Assembly (NCBI GenBank): GCA_009914755.4
Contig: CP068257.2
Coordinates: 18,240,001-18,304,000, forward strand
Reading direction: 5' to 3'
DNA: 64,000 nt
Origin: the human T2T-CHM13v2.0 reference genome, Homo sapiens
Position numbers and translations under genes: made by a program. Position 1 is the first letter of the stretch. Each line of letters begins with the position of its first letter. The notes beneath the pieces were generated by a model that worked only from the letters and a program-made list of their open reading frames with translations, was not told the DNA's origin and ran no database searches. Shown here piece by piece: positions 1-18,340 of this stretch.

Positions 1-3000
1 TTTTAAAAACAATTTGAGTTCTGAAATTTTTAATGCCAGTTTTAGGATATCTCTTTACTGCAATAGCATCATCCAGTTCTCTGTACTGCAGAGAGTATGT
101 ATTGCAACTTTCTATGCAAATTGCATTCACATTTACATGTTGAATGCACAGATTTGATCATGCAACTTCACTCCTCAAAAAAGGAAAAAAGGAACCCTAG
201 TTTCTTAATGTATAAAACTTGAAGTTTAATACCTTTAGAATCAAATTTAATTATCTTCCCAACTTGGCCCCAATCTAACTTGCCTTCGATTTTCTTATGT
301 CACTCCCGCCCCCATTCCTGTAACATATGGATAGTCAAATTTTAGTGGGACGATTTGGAAAGATTTAATTGCTTTAATATAAAGATTTCAGGCAAAATAC
401 TCAAAAGTACAGCCCAACAATACATATCTCTGTAATATGTGTATCATATTTTGAAAGCTACAGAAATAGCAATTTAATGTTACAAAAAGATGTTTTTATC
501 CTTTTACTTCATAGCTGTTATCTTTTAAAATTGTAAAAAATCAATACCCTAAGTCATAATGACATGGTTCTTACTACAACTTGTGATTCTTTTAAATTTA
601 TAAATTAAGACTAAATTGTGACTTAAACATAATGGATTTAATGTTTGTAAAATAAACAAATTTTTAAAAATATACATTAATATTTAAATCTATTAAAGTT
701 AATACTAAACATTAACTTTATTATCTAAAATAAAATCAATTCTATTATATTTATCTTTTAAAGTGGTTAATTCGTGAATTTTGTTCACTAAAGAGAACAA
801 ATTAATGGCATCCTCTACTTTAAAATGGCAATCTTAGTTTGATATTTATGTAACAACCTCTCACTGCAGTAGCTCCGATAAATTATTAAAATCACTAGTG
901 ACTTGAATACTATCTATCTATTTAAGTTATTAGAGGCCTGGACACAATGCACACTCCTGAAATTCTGAAAAATATTAACATATGTGACACAATTATATTT
1001 ATTCATATAAAAGCTCCTATAAGTAAGACAGCATTATAAAAAGAAATATCCAAATTTTGGTTAAATTAATGTTAAAATAAAACAAAAACAATGAAAATTA
1101 ACTTGCTGGAAAAAAAAGAAAACTAAAATTAAATATCAGAATTTAAATAAAACTCCAGCTTTTATGCAGAAATAGGCTGAAATGAGCAATGTGTAAAAGA
1201 GCAAGCGATGGGAGCAAATAGGGATTTGGTGGTAACCTCCAGGATTTGCATGAACAGATGGGTTTCATACTATGGGAACATGTTGTGGACCCTTCAGGGC
1301 ACCCCTAGAGTAGACTGTGTGCTGAACAGAATGGGAGTACTCTAGAGAAGGTTCCTAGAGATGACAATTATGCAAGGTAGAGATAAGAACCTCTTCTTGT
1401 GAATAATTTTTGCTAGCACAATACGTTAGGAAGGAAACTTGTGAGTGCAGAAGTGAGATATATCACAGCTATGCCTTTGAGATTTATAAATATTAATTAT
1501 GTACATATGTATACTTCTACTAAGTCTATAGAATAATGCCTATGTCAAGTAATTTTAACATAATATATTTACTTTAATAATAAATGCACATCCTTTGCAT
1601 TGATTAAAGATCTCTAACTCATCTGTATCAAAAGTAAGATTCTAATATTTAAATTAGGCCTCATTCTAATAACTTAAAATTTCATTTGCATATGCATATA
1701 TACAAGTATATAAATATATTCCTAAGTGCATACTAAATATCTAATTGTTTCAATCACACATAGCTTTTCTCTTTTTCCAATATCAAAATGTTGATATGTG
1801 TTTGCTTTGTAAAAGAAAATACCCAGAGGTATATAGTATTGTAAAAATCAGTGAAAAAATATTTAGAGATAAGCTTTATGAATAATCTATTTTATAGAAG
1901 TTATTTCTTCCAGAAGTAAGATATTTTTAATCACAGAAAACCTCCGAGTTAAGTATGTAAGCACTAGAATGAGTTATGAATAAATAAAGCGGCACTATCT
2001 ATAAACATATTTCATTCTTAAGGAGGAAATTTCTGAAATATCAAAAACACATTGTTTGTATCCTTATGAAATAGGCTTAGAAGTAAAAGATAGCCTAACA
2101 ATAATTTTTAAATTATTTTTAAAGCTATGAATGCATTTTTCTTCCTTACATTGTATTTTCATAGTTTAGTATTTGCCTGAAGTACTTCAACAAAGATTGA
2201 GATTGGCAGGGTAAAGGAAAAGAGTGCTCCCTATGATATCCCATCAAAGGTAGAAGAAAGAGAGTGGTTAGGTTAAAAAAAATTTTTTTTCATGGTAGAT
2301 ACCAACACAATCATCCTGTTATTATTATCTGTTGAATTGATGACAATTTTCAAGTGGCACTTAACACAGACACAAAAGTCATCTATAGCCTTCTCTGGTG
2401 TTTACAGGTACTATGCAGTCACCAGGGACTTCATAACTGTGCTTGAGGCTATTATTCCTTTCATTAGGCTTTCCTTTTTTTATTATGTTTGGGCTTTGAG
2501 TTTTCACCGAAGGTCAAAGTATAACTTTCATGCCTGAAAGCCTGTTTTTTTGAGTACAAAGAAAGTGTCAGCTAAAATAAAACATCTTCCACTAACAAAC
2601 CCATTTCTACCTTCAAGTTTAGCAGGACTTTTACAATGAAACTAGAGATAGATAAATTCCCTAGCTGGGAGAAGAAATATGCAGGACTGAGTTAGTTGTT
2701 ACTCTATTTACAATAATATAATAATAGAATAATTGGTGAAAATATTTTAAGCACACTGTCATTCATATAAGTCCCAATGTGAAGAATTTTTCACTCTGTT
2801 CTCACCATAATTTTGGTTATTTCCCTTTTAAAAATAGTAAATTTTATTGCAACATACTGTTCATTCCCCAATTGGGTCAAGCCTGGCAATTTCCAAGCAG
2901 GGCTGGTGCAGTTTAGTCAATGTAGCAAGAGCACCATCTTTACTCTTCAAATTGAGGAAACAGTACAAAACTAAGTCCACAAGAAGCAAAGGAGAGAAAA

Positions 3001-4687
3001 AAGTTAAAATGACCAACACAATTCCTGTGAATTTCCATATGTCCTTAACTTTTAAACTTCCCACAGTCCTGACAGGTGGGTGGTTTCCCCTACTCTTTCT
3101 CTTTTATGTTATGCTGCCTCCAAATTTAAATATGCTTTCAGCTAGGACCAAGATGGGCCTTGACACATGGAGTGTAAAAAAAACCTCAATGTCCATACTT
3201 CCAAGGGTGTTAGGTCCTAGTTCTAAATGAGACTGGTCATTAAAGTTGTTTGTAAATGAGAAAATGTGGAAACAAAGTATAGCCTCATAAAATGGGCCAG
3301 AAACACTTTTAAATTGAGTCAGATCACCAAAGCTCACCAAAGCTAAGGTTTAGGGATAGGTTGCTATCCTCGTGGAGAATTACCATGTGAAATTCTCATG
3401 GTGAAATTACCTTGTGAAATAGGAAGGACTAGGGCAGAGACGCCATTGAGCCAAGTGAAGACCATCAGTTTGAGTTAGATAGAAAAGTTCAACCCTGATC
3501 ATCACAGAAACTTCTCAGGTGGCTAAATGTCTCTCAAAGACATATGGGCAATAGTGTGGGGGATGGTAACAACAACAAAAACAACTGCAACAACAGTAGG
3601 AACAACCATAAACAGTTCACATTACTCAAACTTCTGGAGATACAGAGAAAACACAAAATTGAAATAAAAAAGACCTAAACTGAAGTCTTGCTCCATCTAT
3701 TACTAGCAAGGCAGTATGGATCAAAAGTTTCTAAGTTATAATAATTACACATTATTGTGGCCCATGAGCTAAAATGTGCTGACCTGTGTTCTATTAATTT
3801 ATAGTAAACAAATGAAAAACTCTTATTAGGAGAAGTTGTAAAGGCAAAATGGAATCTTTCTCAAATAGTTCCAATGCCCCTGTATCTTACTGCCTTCTTC
3901 ACATTTCTATTTGTATATACAATAGACATATCAATCATAATATTCCCAAATTAGAGCTCCAGAGCTCCCCACCTTCCAACCCACTTCTTTGATAGTCTTT
4001 GTCAACTCAATTTCTGGTAACTCCACATTTCTAGTTACTTAGGCAAGAATTGAGAAGTCTACTATGCCTTCAAAAAGTATGTCTTTAAAATTATTTAAGG
4101 TAATGGCACATAGCTTTCACTTGAAAATGAAAAATTGCAAGGCGTCCTAAGAACTAGGATAAGAATTGGCTGTCAGATCTGCCTCATTTTAATGGCCCAA
4201 GCAAATCACAAGCTGCACACTAAGAAATGATGAAGAGAAAATATACCTTCCTCTTTTCATAGGAGGGTCTACATAGTCTCATGACAAAAGGAGTGGATAC
4301 AGGAAAAGTTGAATAGGTAAGGATGAAAATGAAATCTACCAAAGGATAATTTAACCTCCCCCTCATGCTTATATTTATTCATGAAACAAAAAATACTGTC
4401 TACTCTGTGCTAGATTTGTGTATAGGTAGTGGCAAAATATTTTTTGTTCCTTTTTAATGATATTTTTAAGTGGAAGAGTTAAATAATTGAACAATTTAAA
4501 AATCATGTAAGAAATATATAGTTTGTGATAAGTACTATGAGTAGATAAGCAGCATGCTCTGATTTTTTTTAGAAAATTTTATTTTGCTTAGCCAGGTGGG
4601 TGATTAAGTTGAGATATGAAAGATGAAGGGAGAATACATAAGAAAAACTCAAGCAAAAGTCATTTAAAGAAGATCAGTGCAAGTAGG

Positions 4688-4746
4688 GGTGTGTGTGTGT
4701 GTGTGTGTCTGTGTGTCTGTGTCTGTGTGTCTTGTGTATGTGTGAG
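4688..4746. repeat. (GT)n microsatellite with CT interruptions
   Basis: Direct read: gtgtgtgtgtgtgtgtgtctgtgtgtctgtgtctgtgtgtc. Confidence 0.9.
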
Positions 4747-4789
4747 ATGGGAAAAACATGAACCGTGGCACCAGAAGTACTAAATTTAA

Positions 4790-6175
<1,386 letters not shown>

Positions 6176-7011
6176 GAATATAATAATACTGAGTGTGGAA
6201 TCCTACTTGGATATTGAAGGACAATACTGAAGGATCACTTTTGAATGATCATAGACATAAACATTCAGAATACTACTCTATACATTATAAAAATTATTTA
6301 GGTCAACTGCTTGAGATCAATGTGATCATCATCTCTGTTTTATAATTCAGAAAATAAAGATTTGTAAAAGCTAACCATTTGACTACAAAAACAAGACTAA
6401 GACAGCTGAAACTGGAATTTGTTCCTGGGCTGTATGCTTAGCTACTGTAGTCTGTATCATTGTATATTACTTTAGAACATTTAAAAACCAGTTTGTATTT
6501 GCGTTATATCACGCAAATAAAAGACAAATTTAAAAAGAGACACATTATTTTTCTACCTTTTTTTCCCTCACATTTGAAATATCTTCCGTGGACAACCTCC
6601 ACTTTCATATCTCTAGTCAGAGAACTATGTGGTGCTATGAAATTTACATAGCAGTTCAGGGTACCACACCCTTTTATTTTACTCTAAATTTAATCTAAAA
6701 AAGTTTCTCCAAGAATTCCACCCTCAGTTTTTTTTTTTTGCTCTAATTGTTTTTCCCTAGCAATTCCATCTATTCTAACAATTAAATTAATTAAAGGCTA
6801 TTCTGATCCCTTCTACAACTGTACTTCTAGTATCAGTTTATTCACTGCGTTGAGAAGAAATGCATAATTCTAACAACCTGCCAGATAGTTCCGTCTTGAA
6901 GGTCTAAAGTCATTTCAACAAGACCAACAGAGTGATAATTACTCTTTTCGCTACCAAAACTTGTTCTTAATTCCCAACTTTGTATCCAGTTAAAAATATT
7001 AGTGCTGATCT

Positions 7012-7323
<312 letters not shown>

Positions 7324-10300
7324 TTAGTGCTGATCGAATCCAATTTCAGAGTTATCATCAACTTACAATTTTTCTTTCAATATATATTGCCATTTTTGGA
7401 CTAATAATTTCTTATTGATGCCAACAGAAATATTGATTTCGTATTTATTGTATTGAAAATTTATTAAAATTGCCATATTTATAAGGCTTTTCTTTATTTT
7501 TCCCCCTCTCCCATTTTTTCCACCAATGGCCCCTCACCACCTGAAACACAGATGTGGTTTTATTTCTATGTTTAATGATTGTGTTAGACTAAATAAGTCC
7601 CTACAAAATTCAAATGTTGAAATGCGAACCCTCAATGTGATGGTCTTAGGAGAAGGGGTCTTTAGGAGATGATTAGATAATGAAAATGGAGACTTCATGA
7701 ACACCATTATTGCCCATAAAAAGGGACCCCAGAGTTCTCTAGACCTCTTTCTTCTATGTGAGGATACAACAATTATATAGCTACATATGAACCAAAAAGT
7801 GAGCCCTCACCAGAATCAAGCCATGCTGACATCTAAAATATCCAGCTTTCAGAACTGTGAAAAATAAATTTATGTTATTTGTAAGCCACCCCATCTATGG
7901 TATTTTGTTATAGCGATAGGACTAATATGATGTTTTTCAATGATATCTACTTTTTAATGTTCACTGATTAACAAACAAATAGGAAAAGAAAACAAGCTTA
8001 ACATATGATATATGATTCTCTACATTTTGCTCCCAAACTTTTCTGAAGTTTCACACAATGTTTCTTCTAGTATGGTAAGATTAAAACCATTTGCTATTAA
8101 TGGTTCCAGTGAATTTCCTTAGACTCATCAAATTCCTTTAAAGTAATCACTTATACATCATGATGTTATAAAATCAACTTTTCAAACAGTGAGTGTGTAT
8201 TTGTATACTTAATTTTATTTACTGGCCATCACAATTCTTATATTTATAATATATCTTTTATAAATATTTTTTCCTAATAATCATGTTTAAATCCTTCAGT
8301 ACAGTCCACAAAACACCTACCTGTTTACATTTCAAGGCATGTTTTGTTATTTGTTTGTTTTTGATTTGTATGAATATTTTCTCAATTTTAAATTTATTTA
8401 AATTTAGTGTTATGGCACTAACTAAATAATATTTTATTGAAACTCTGAATGGATATAGTAATATTGACACATGTAGAATGATATACTTTAGTTATCACTG
8501 TGCAGATATAAATATTCCTGTGTGTGTGTATTAGTCTGTCAGAGTGAACCACTTTGTTTTATGTACAAGACAGTAGTCTAATGGCAAATGTTTATTCTGG
8601 TACAAGTCCTTTGCTGGACAATTTTACTTCAGCTTTAATATATCAGTATGACTATTCATAATATGTAGTAATTTTACAAATGTGCTTGAGTAGGCAGCAA
8701 TAATTGCTGCAATATGTTGAGAATTAAATTAACTGAAGATAACAAAAGTAGCAGGAAGTAATTAAAAAACTGGAACAAGAATGAATGGAGATGTTTTCAA
8801 AGTACCTTATGAAATGTTTAGTAGCCAGTTCATTTCTGAGAGAAACACATATTATAATTAAGAAATTATTCTGTTCCAGATGTATTGAAAATTTTTGCCT
8901 TTACTAATTATTTTGGTGTTAACAAACATATAAAAATAATTAGTTGGAACAAATATATCTCTGGTATGCCTGCGAAATTCGGGTTCTAGGGAGGAATAAT
9001 TAATAATTAACAAATTCAATAAATATTTTTATTTTGTATCTACTACATGTAAATAAATAGACTAAATTATTTGAGGAATTAAAGACTGGCAATACTTGGC
9101 CTAAGGAATAATGCTATTTACTAGGGAAGATAAAAGGCACTTAAGCTTGATGAAAATGACAAAGTAGGATGTTGAATGATACCAAGATATCAAGAGAAGA
9201 TTAAAGAAGGGTATTTCACGGAAAGAATATAGGAACATGGCATTGTGATTTAAAAAAAAAAGCAATGTGTTCACAGATACCACATTCTTTTTCTTCCTTG
9301 GTACCCAACACAAGTAAAGTATACTCCAGCCTCGTGGCAGTTGGATATGTCCATATCCAACTTTAGCCTGGGGACATTTAGTTTTAGCCTGGGGACATTT
9401 CCAGCCCCTTGCATAAAACTTCCCTTCTACTCCTCTCCATGGCCTTTCTGGAATCGAAAGACTCTGAAGCCACAGAAAATAGTGGAACTCCATTATGGAA
9501 GGATCTTGATTGCATGATGCCTCTGTTTAGTAAACATGGTGTGATAAATACCCAGTATAGTTATATGAGTCAGAAATAAACTGTGTTAAAACACTAATAT
9601 TGGAAAGGTAATTTGTTACAATATCAGCTGATTTCTAACAAAGGAAATGTATTCAATTTCACACAAATTCATACAGATCATCGGTAAGATGAAGGAGTAT
9701 AGTGAGAAGTAAAAATGGAAAAATGGGAAAGCAGACTGAAAGCTGATATAAAGAGAACCATATTCAGGAAAAAAGAATTTTAAAATTTATTTTCCAGACA
9801 ATAAGATAATGTCAGACAAGTTACGATGAAATAGGATGAATAGAACTTGTGTAACCAAGAATACTCTGGCAGCAAAATAAAGGATGGAGGATAAAGAGAA
9901 GATAACAGGAACAAGAAATCAGCAAGTAGTCCATGTTTAGAAGAACTAAATTACTTTAATTCCACAAAATAGAAGTGTAGGTTTAAAATAGGGTTAGGGA
10001 TAAAGTTAACAGGCTTTTTAAAAGGTATTTGATAAGTCAGGCAAAGCATGAGCACCCAAGAGTTGGTCAATGATTCCAGGAGGAGCTTAGAAAAAGACAA
10101 TGAGAAAGCTTAACAGAATAAACCCCCAGCAGGGTTGAAACTGGTTTTGCTCAGGGATGGCCTGACAAAGATATTGACCTTTGATTCTCCCAGGCTCACA
10201 GTAAATTTTCAGTACTGTGTCAGGATTATGTTATTTATGCCAGTTACTTATGTGTGATGAGTAGGTAACATGGCCAGAATCTCAAGTGTGCAGTGACTGA

Positions 10301-10595
10301 CAGACTGGCCAAAGTGAGATCATCATGCATGGTGCAAGCCTCATAGTAAAAAATTGCATTTTCTTGTGGGAGACTGGAATCTGGATAGTTCCAAGAAATT
10401 GAATTCTTATTATCTTGAGTCTAGTGTGAGTGAAAATCTTTGAATATCAGTATCATTTGTCATTAAAAATATGTAACTGTGCCTTTTATAAATCTTTTGA
10501 TCACATCTTGGGAAATCTACATAGCAAAAAGAATAAACAACAAATCAGTAGAAAGATGATGTTTTTAGAGAATAATGGAGAGTTTACATTGTCTT

Positions 10596-12604
<2,009 letters not shown>

Positions 12605-13463
12605 ATATCCAACATCATACAAATTTAAAAAACGGAAATTTTCCTGTCATACAATTGTACTTTGCTGATAATATTTAACACTATTAGTTGTTTTTTAAAC
12701 TTTGTTTAAATCTCTACCTTTTTTTCCAGGTTTCCTACCCTTTCCCCTTCACTTACCGTGTGTGTTTTTAAATTGAAGTTAAAAGTAGAAAAGATAAATT
12801 GTGCCTTTTAATTGAAATATTTTGTTTGTTGACATATATTGTTTTCTTTCTTATATTTGAGTTTATGTAGACCGTTTTTCTTTACTGTTTGTCTCAACTC
12901 TTTTGTTTTTTCTTTACTATATTACCTCCTTTGGGATTAACCAAGTTTTTTTAATTCCAATTTTTCCATTTTTCCTATGTTACTATCAATATACATTTTT
13001 TAACTACTGTATTATCCCAGCAACATGAATCTTTGACATATTATACCCATGTATAAATAAGAAAATTTACAACTTGTCAGATAATATTATGACCTTAAAA
13101 CAGTTTACTCCTCTCACCATTTATGTGATTTTAAAAATTAATTTTATTTCTCTATGTATTTAACACTTACGGGTGATCAGCTGGTTCTTTTCTTCTTAAA
13201 TATTAATTTACTTGTATTGTTACCATCTCTATTGTTCTTTATTTCTGTCTACATACTTATGCTTCCCTCCAGGATCATGTTCCTTCTGCCTAAAGTGGCA
13301 CATTAATATTTTTTAAAAACAGGTCTACTAGGACATTTTTCAGCCTTGTATTATACCATGCTATAAATTTTATAATGAGGGAGGGCCCTTTCCTCTTTTA
13401 GGGAGTGGCCAACATTTAACGTATTTCAGGAAAACATTAAAAATTAAACAGGACAAGTACTTG

Positions 13464-13604
13464 TTTTTTTTATTTTTTATTATACTTTAAGTTCTAGGGT
13501 ACATGTGCACAACGTGCAGGTTTGTTACATATGTATACATGCGCCATGTTGGTGTGCTGCACCCATTAACTTGTCATTTACATTAGGTATGTCTCCTAAT
13601 GCTG
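13464..13604 (-). mobile_element. Very short young L1PA-type 3'-tail insertion (~140 bp) with ~13-bp TSD aca(a/t)gtacttgtt
   Basis: Poly-T then tatactttaagttctagggtacatgtgcacaacgtgcaggtttgttacatatgtatacatgcgccatgttggtgtgctgcacccattaacttgtcatttacattaggtatgtctcctaatgct. This is near-identical to the reverse complement of a young L1 3'UTR end. TSD at 13453-13465 and 13606-13618. Confidence 0.8.
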
Positions 13605-14736
13605 GACATGTACTTGTTGATGGCTTACTTTTATTTCCTTAATTTTCTTTGCTTTTATGAAACAACCAACAACTTTCCTCTCATCCTACTCATAACAACT
13701 CTCCATTTACTAGTATCCACTCACAGAGATCAAAATTTGACATATCGACATTATATTTTTGACCTTGGTATTACTTAGGAAATGTTTTGGTCCACTTTGG
13801 ATTGCTACCAAATAGAGTGGTGACTAAGTTTTAGCACATTTTGGATCTTGACAGTGGCCCAGTGTAGAGGTGGTGACCTACTTCCCAGCAGGGCAGACTT
13901 GAAGTCCAGATGAATGACTGTGGTAGATGATGGCTATGTGGAGTATAAGAAGCAAACATTCTTAGTATGCTTTTCTTGGAGAGAAAATTGTGCAGAGAAA
14001 ATACATTTTCCTGATCCTTTCAGAAAAATTCTACCTCTGAAGGGAGTGGAGGTTGGAGAGTGAAGAGGTTGAAGTCTTCCCAAGTTCAGTGTTGTTTTTT
14101 TCTATGGGTAACTGTCTTTCTCTTACAGTAAAATATATACATAAGTTAGATAACACCTATCAGTAATACCTTAGATTATTTCTACAATGTAGGCTGCAAA
14201 ACATTAAAGGGTCAAGCAGTTTTCACATTTTAAGCAATTTACTTTTAATTAACAAAAAATGGTTTTACTTATTTACGGTGTGGCATGTGATGCTTCAATA
14301 AATTGATGCACTGTGGAATGACCATATCAAGCTAACAAATTTAACATATTTATTATCTCACATATTTACCATTGTTTTTTGCAGTGAGAAAACTTTTAAA
14401 ATCTCCTCTCAGCAACTTTGAAATATATAATACATAAATATCAACTCTAGTCCATTCACTGCGCAATAGATCACCAGAAGTTATTCCTCTCATTTAACTG
14501 AAATTTGTGTCTTTTGAACAAAATTTTCCCTTTTCCCATCCATGTCCTCCTCATCCCTCAGGCTCTGGTAACCACAAATCTACTCTCTGCATTTATGAAT
14601 TCAAATTTTTAATTCTGCATATAAGTGAGATCATGTGATAATTGTTTTTCTGTGTTTGGCTTATTTTACTTAGCATAATATCCTCCAGATTTGCTTATTT
14701 TGTTGCAAACCTTAAAAGCTTAATAGAATTCCATGC

Positions 14737-14793
14737 TCTCTCTGTCTCTCTGTGTTTGTGTGTGTGTGTGTATCTATGTGTTTCTGTGTGTAT
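14737..14793. repeat. (TC)n/(TG)n compound microsatellite
   Basis: Direct read: ctctctgtctctctgtgtttgtgtgtgtgtgtgtatctatgtgtttctgtgtg. Confidence 0.85.
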
Positions 14794-15270
14794 CACATTT
14801 TAAAAATGTATTTATCTGCTGATGGATACTTATGTTTCTTCCAAATATTGCCTACTGTGAATAATACTGGAGTGAATATAGGAGTGCAAACATCTCTTCA
14901 CCATACTTATTTCAATTCATTTGAATATACCCAAAAACGGGATTGCTGGATTAGATGGTAATTCTATTTTTCTTTTTTTGTGAAACTTCCATAATATTTT
15001 TCCAAAGTATTTTTCAAAATGTAGACAGTTATATATACCAAAATATATGCATATATGAGTAGATATATACAGCATTGTGAAAAAGAGAACAAACATGGAG
15101 TGGGATCTATCTTACTTAATGTTACAAAAAAAAAGAGAAGAAGGATTTTTCTGAGGAAATAATGCCTGTTCCTATTTTATGTAGTAAATGAAAGTTCTTC
15201 AGGAGAAAAAAAACTGAAAAAGAGTAAGTATAAAGCAGTTATGCCCAAAGAAATAAAAATACAAAATAGC

Positions 15271-15740
15271 CTGTGTTATTCCATTTGTGTCACTATAAAC
15301 AAATACAGAGGCTGGAAAATTTATAAAGAAAAGCCATTTAATTGGCTCACATTCTGCAGGCTTCTACAAGAATAGTGCTGGCATCTGCTCAGCTTTGGGT
15401 GAGGGTGTCAGGGAGCTTATAATCATCACAGGAAGTGAAGAGAGAGCCACGGTCTCACGTGGAAAGAGGGGAGCAAGAGAGAGAGCGGGGAGGTGCCACA
15501 CTCTTTTAGACAATGAGATCTCATGTGAACTCCGAGGGAGAACTCCCTCATTATTGTGAGGACAGCGTCAAGACTCATGAATGATGTATCCCCATGACCC
15601 ACACACCTCCCACCAGGGCCCATCTCTAACACTGGGGATGAGTTTTCAACATGAGGTTTGATTTTTCAACATATCCTAGCCCTACATGAAGTTTGGCATG
15701 CTCTCTGTATCTCTGGGCAGGTATACCTTTCTCTCTGTCA
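15271..15740 (-). mobile_element. MaLR-class LTR (MST/THE1-like), minus orientation
   Basis: Reads as the reverse complement of a THE1/MST LTR: ...acaaatacagaggctggaaaatttataaagaaaag..ttaattggctcacattctgcagg...ggaagtgaag...cacctcccaccagggcccatctctaacactggggatgagttttcaacatgaggtttg. The 3' limit is approximate. Confidence 0.6.
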
Positions 15741-15763
15741 GAGTGTCATTTTCTATTTCCATT

Positions 15764-16548
15764 CTCAACTCAGAAAGTGTGGACTTTAAAAATATATAAC
15801 TTTTTTTTGTCTGTAAACTTTCCCCTGAAACAAGAAGTTTCTTTTCCCTCTTGATATATACACCTGAAACATTTATCTTCTCATTTCTAGCAGGTCCTTT
15901 CTCCACATATGAATCTATATTTGCCTTTAATTTCACTCTGCCTATGGACACTTTAGTCTAAGCATATGAATTATACAAGAGTATCACTTTTCAAAATACA
16001 TAAAAACAAATAAGCTATCCTCCCCTTGGTCTGGCACCTTTCCTACTTCCCTGCTAATCCTCTCATGCGCACTTCTAGAAAGACTGCTTTATGCTTGCCT
16101 CCTTTACCTCCGCAGATACAGTAACTTTTCAATGCATTGTTCTTGGCCTTTTTATTTTCTGTAAAGTGTTCTTGCAAATATACCTGATATGGTTTGGCTC
16201 TGTGTCCCCATCCAAATCTCATGTTGAATTGTATCTCCCAATGTTGGTGGAGGGATCTGGTGAGAAGTGACTGCATTATGAGGGCAGATTTCGCCATGCT
16301 GTTCTCATGATAGTGAGTTTAGTCTCAGGAGATCTGATGGTTTAAAACTGTATGGAACTTCCCCCTCGTTCTTTCTCTCTCTCCTGCCACCATGTGAAGA
16401 ATGTGCTTGCTTCCCCTCCACCTTACACCATGACTGTAAGTTTCCTGAGGCCTCTCAGTTATGCTTCCTGTTAAGCCTGTGGAACGGTGAGCCAATTAAA
16501 TCTCTTTCTTCATAAATTACTCAGTTTCAGGTAGTTCTTTATAGCAGT
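15764..16548 (+). repeat. Copy 2 of the ~0.8-kb direct repeat, with a THE1/MST-like LTR at 16185-16548. No Alu.
   Basis: Aligns base-for-base with 11494-12604 minus the Alu, and shares non-consensus variants such as cccagtgttggtggagggatctggtg.gaagtga.tgcattatgagggcagatttcgccatg. The last ~20 bp of the LTR are diverged or absent. Confidence 0.75.
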
Positions 16549-18262
16549 AATACTCTGGGGCATACCTAAGTCTATATATATAACTAACATGCTAGAACAG
16601 GTCTAGAATTGCTTTGGTAGATAAATGAATAAATTAATATAGGGTGGACATTTGCCTTTTTTTGGTGAACTTTATACTTTGGGCATATACAACATTGCAA
16701 TACAATTTACTAAAGAAACAAATCATGGTAGATATTCACTTTACTAACTTTACTTGTAATTCAACAACAAGCCTATGATATTTTCTTTGTCAGTCAAATA
16801 AACCCACCCCAAATTGAGTTATTTGAAGGAGAATGAATCATGCAGATGAATGGTGTGTTATATGTGTCATGAGCTAAATCTCATTTTCAGAGATAACATT
16901 GGCAATGAATCTAGGGCAGTCTCTAAAATCCATTGTCTGTTGGCAGTGCTAACTTTGAGTTCTTAAGGTAGTGGAGGTTAAATATCCTTTGGACCATGAA
17001 TTCTTTGCACTATGATAAAAGGATAAATTAAATCCTAATTTGGGGAGACTATTTTGATGATATCTATTCAAATTCATGTCTTTTGACTCAAAAAGTACAC
17101 ACCTATTTGATTGTATTATAGATTTTCTTGCTCATTAGCCACAAATAAAAATAATTTTTGTTTATTGTTTAGCAGGATTCTAAAAACAGCACATTGGTGA
17201 AACAGTGGTAACTATATATTCATAATACAGAAAAATACTATGGGTCTCACAATCTGCTATCAAAGGTGTGTATTTATCTGGAGTCTCAAATGGCAAAATA
17301 ACTCACTTCCAAGCTCGTGTAGGCTGTTGGTAGAATTTGTTTTCTTGAAGCTCTGTGGCTGAGGGCTCTGGATCCATAAAGGTTGTCAAATGGAGGCCAC
17401 CTTTAGTGCTTAGCCATTTATTTTTTCTGCCACGTAACCTTTTTCGTAAGCAGACCCTCACCAAAACATCTCAGTTTGCTTCTTAAAGATCAACAGGACA
17501 AGGAGAGCTAGCAGAACAGTGTTACACAGTGTAATGTAATCACAGATGTGACATTGCTTTATGTGTGTCATATTCTGTTAGTTAGAATCAAGTCACAAGT
17601 CTAGTTCACATTCTAAAGAAGGGGATTACACAAAGGCTTTAACACCAAGAGATTGAAAACCTTAGGGTCTGTCTGCCACAACAGAAAGAATCAAATATTA
17701 AGAGAGAAAAATATGTTCCATTTGCATATAGCACAGAGTGCCTAAAGAAAATACAGAAATGTGTTAATATTTATACAGGATGGTGATATATATAACTTAG
17801 TAAGTAAAAATCTGTACCAATTGCATTGCATTTTCAAGGGAGTCTTAAATAACATAAAACATTTGATGACTAAGTACTAATGAAGTAGTATTCCTTGACT
17901 GTGACTTTGTGCCAATAATAAAATATTCCTTTCTCTAGGCTAATTTATTACTTATTTTTATAATAAAATATATTCTGTGTAATCAAATTGAAAACACATA
18001 TTTTCAAACTAGTGATATGAGTGGATATGGTGACATTTTAATGGAGGTTACCATGCTTTATATAATTTAACCGAGGATATAATCGTATTATTTGCATTAC
18101 AACACCAATCTCAGTCCAATAATTATGGAGTGGCATTATTTGTACACCTCCAGATTGTCACTGTTTAACCCCTCTGATGAAGTAATCAAGTGTCTGGTTT
18201 TCAATATTGTTTAAAATACTCTTAATGTCTCTAGATAGTGGAAATTAGGTTAAGCTGAAGCA

Positions 18263-18340
18263 TCTTAAAGCTTCATAACACCAAACAGATGTTCTTAAAG
18301 CTTCATAACATCTTAAAGCTTCTTAACACCAAACACTATG
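18263..18340. repeat. Short tandem repeat, ~3 copies of a ~24-bp unit (tcttaaagcttcataaca...)
   Basis: catcttaaagcttcataacaccaaacagatgttcttaaagcttcataacatcttaaagcttcttaacaccaaaca. Confidence 0.7.

Noticed and set aside
2840-3240. Cluster of three ORFs on both strands at 2847-3340, possibly an unrecognised transposon or exon
   Set aside because: I could not match the sequence to any repeat consensus from memory. The ORFs are short (67-127 aa), overlap on opposite strands, and lack splice-site or coding-periodicity evidence. Left unannotated.
15271-16548. Minus-strand MaLR LTR directly followed by a plus-strand internal-like sequence plus THE1-like LTR, as a possible single full-length ERVL-MaLR provirus
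   Set aside because: The two LTRs are in opposite orientations, so they cannot be the 5' and 3' LTRs of one provirus. Treated as independent elements.
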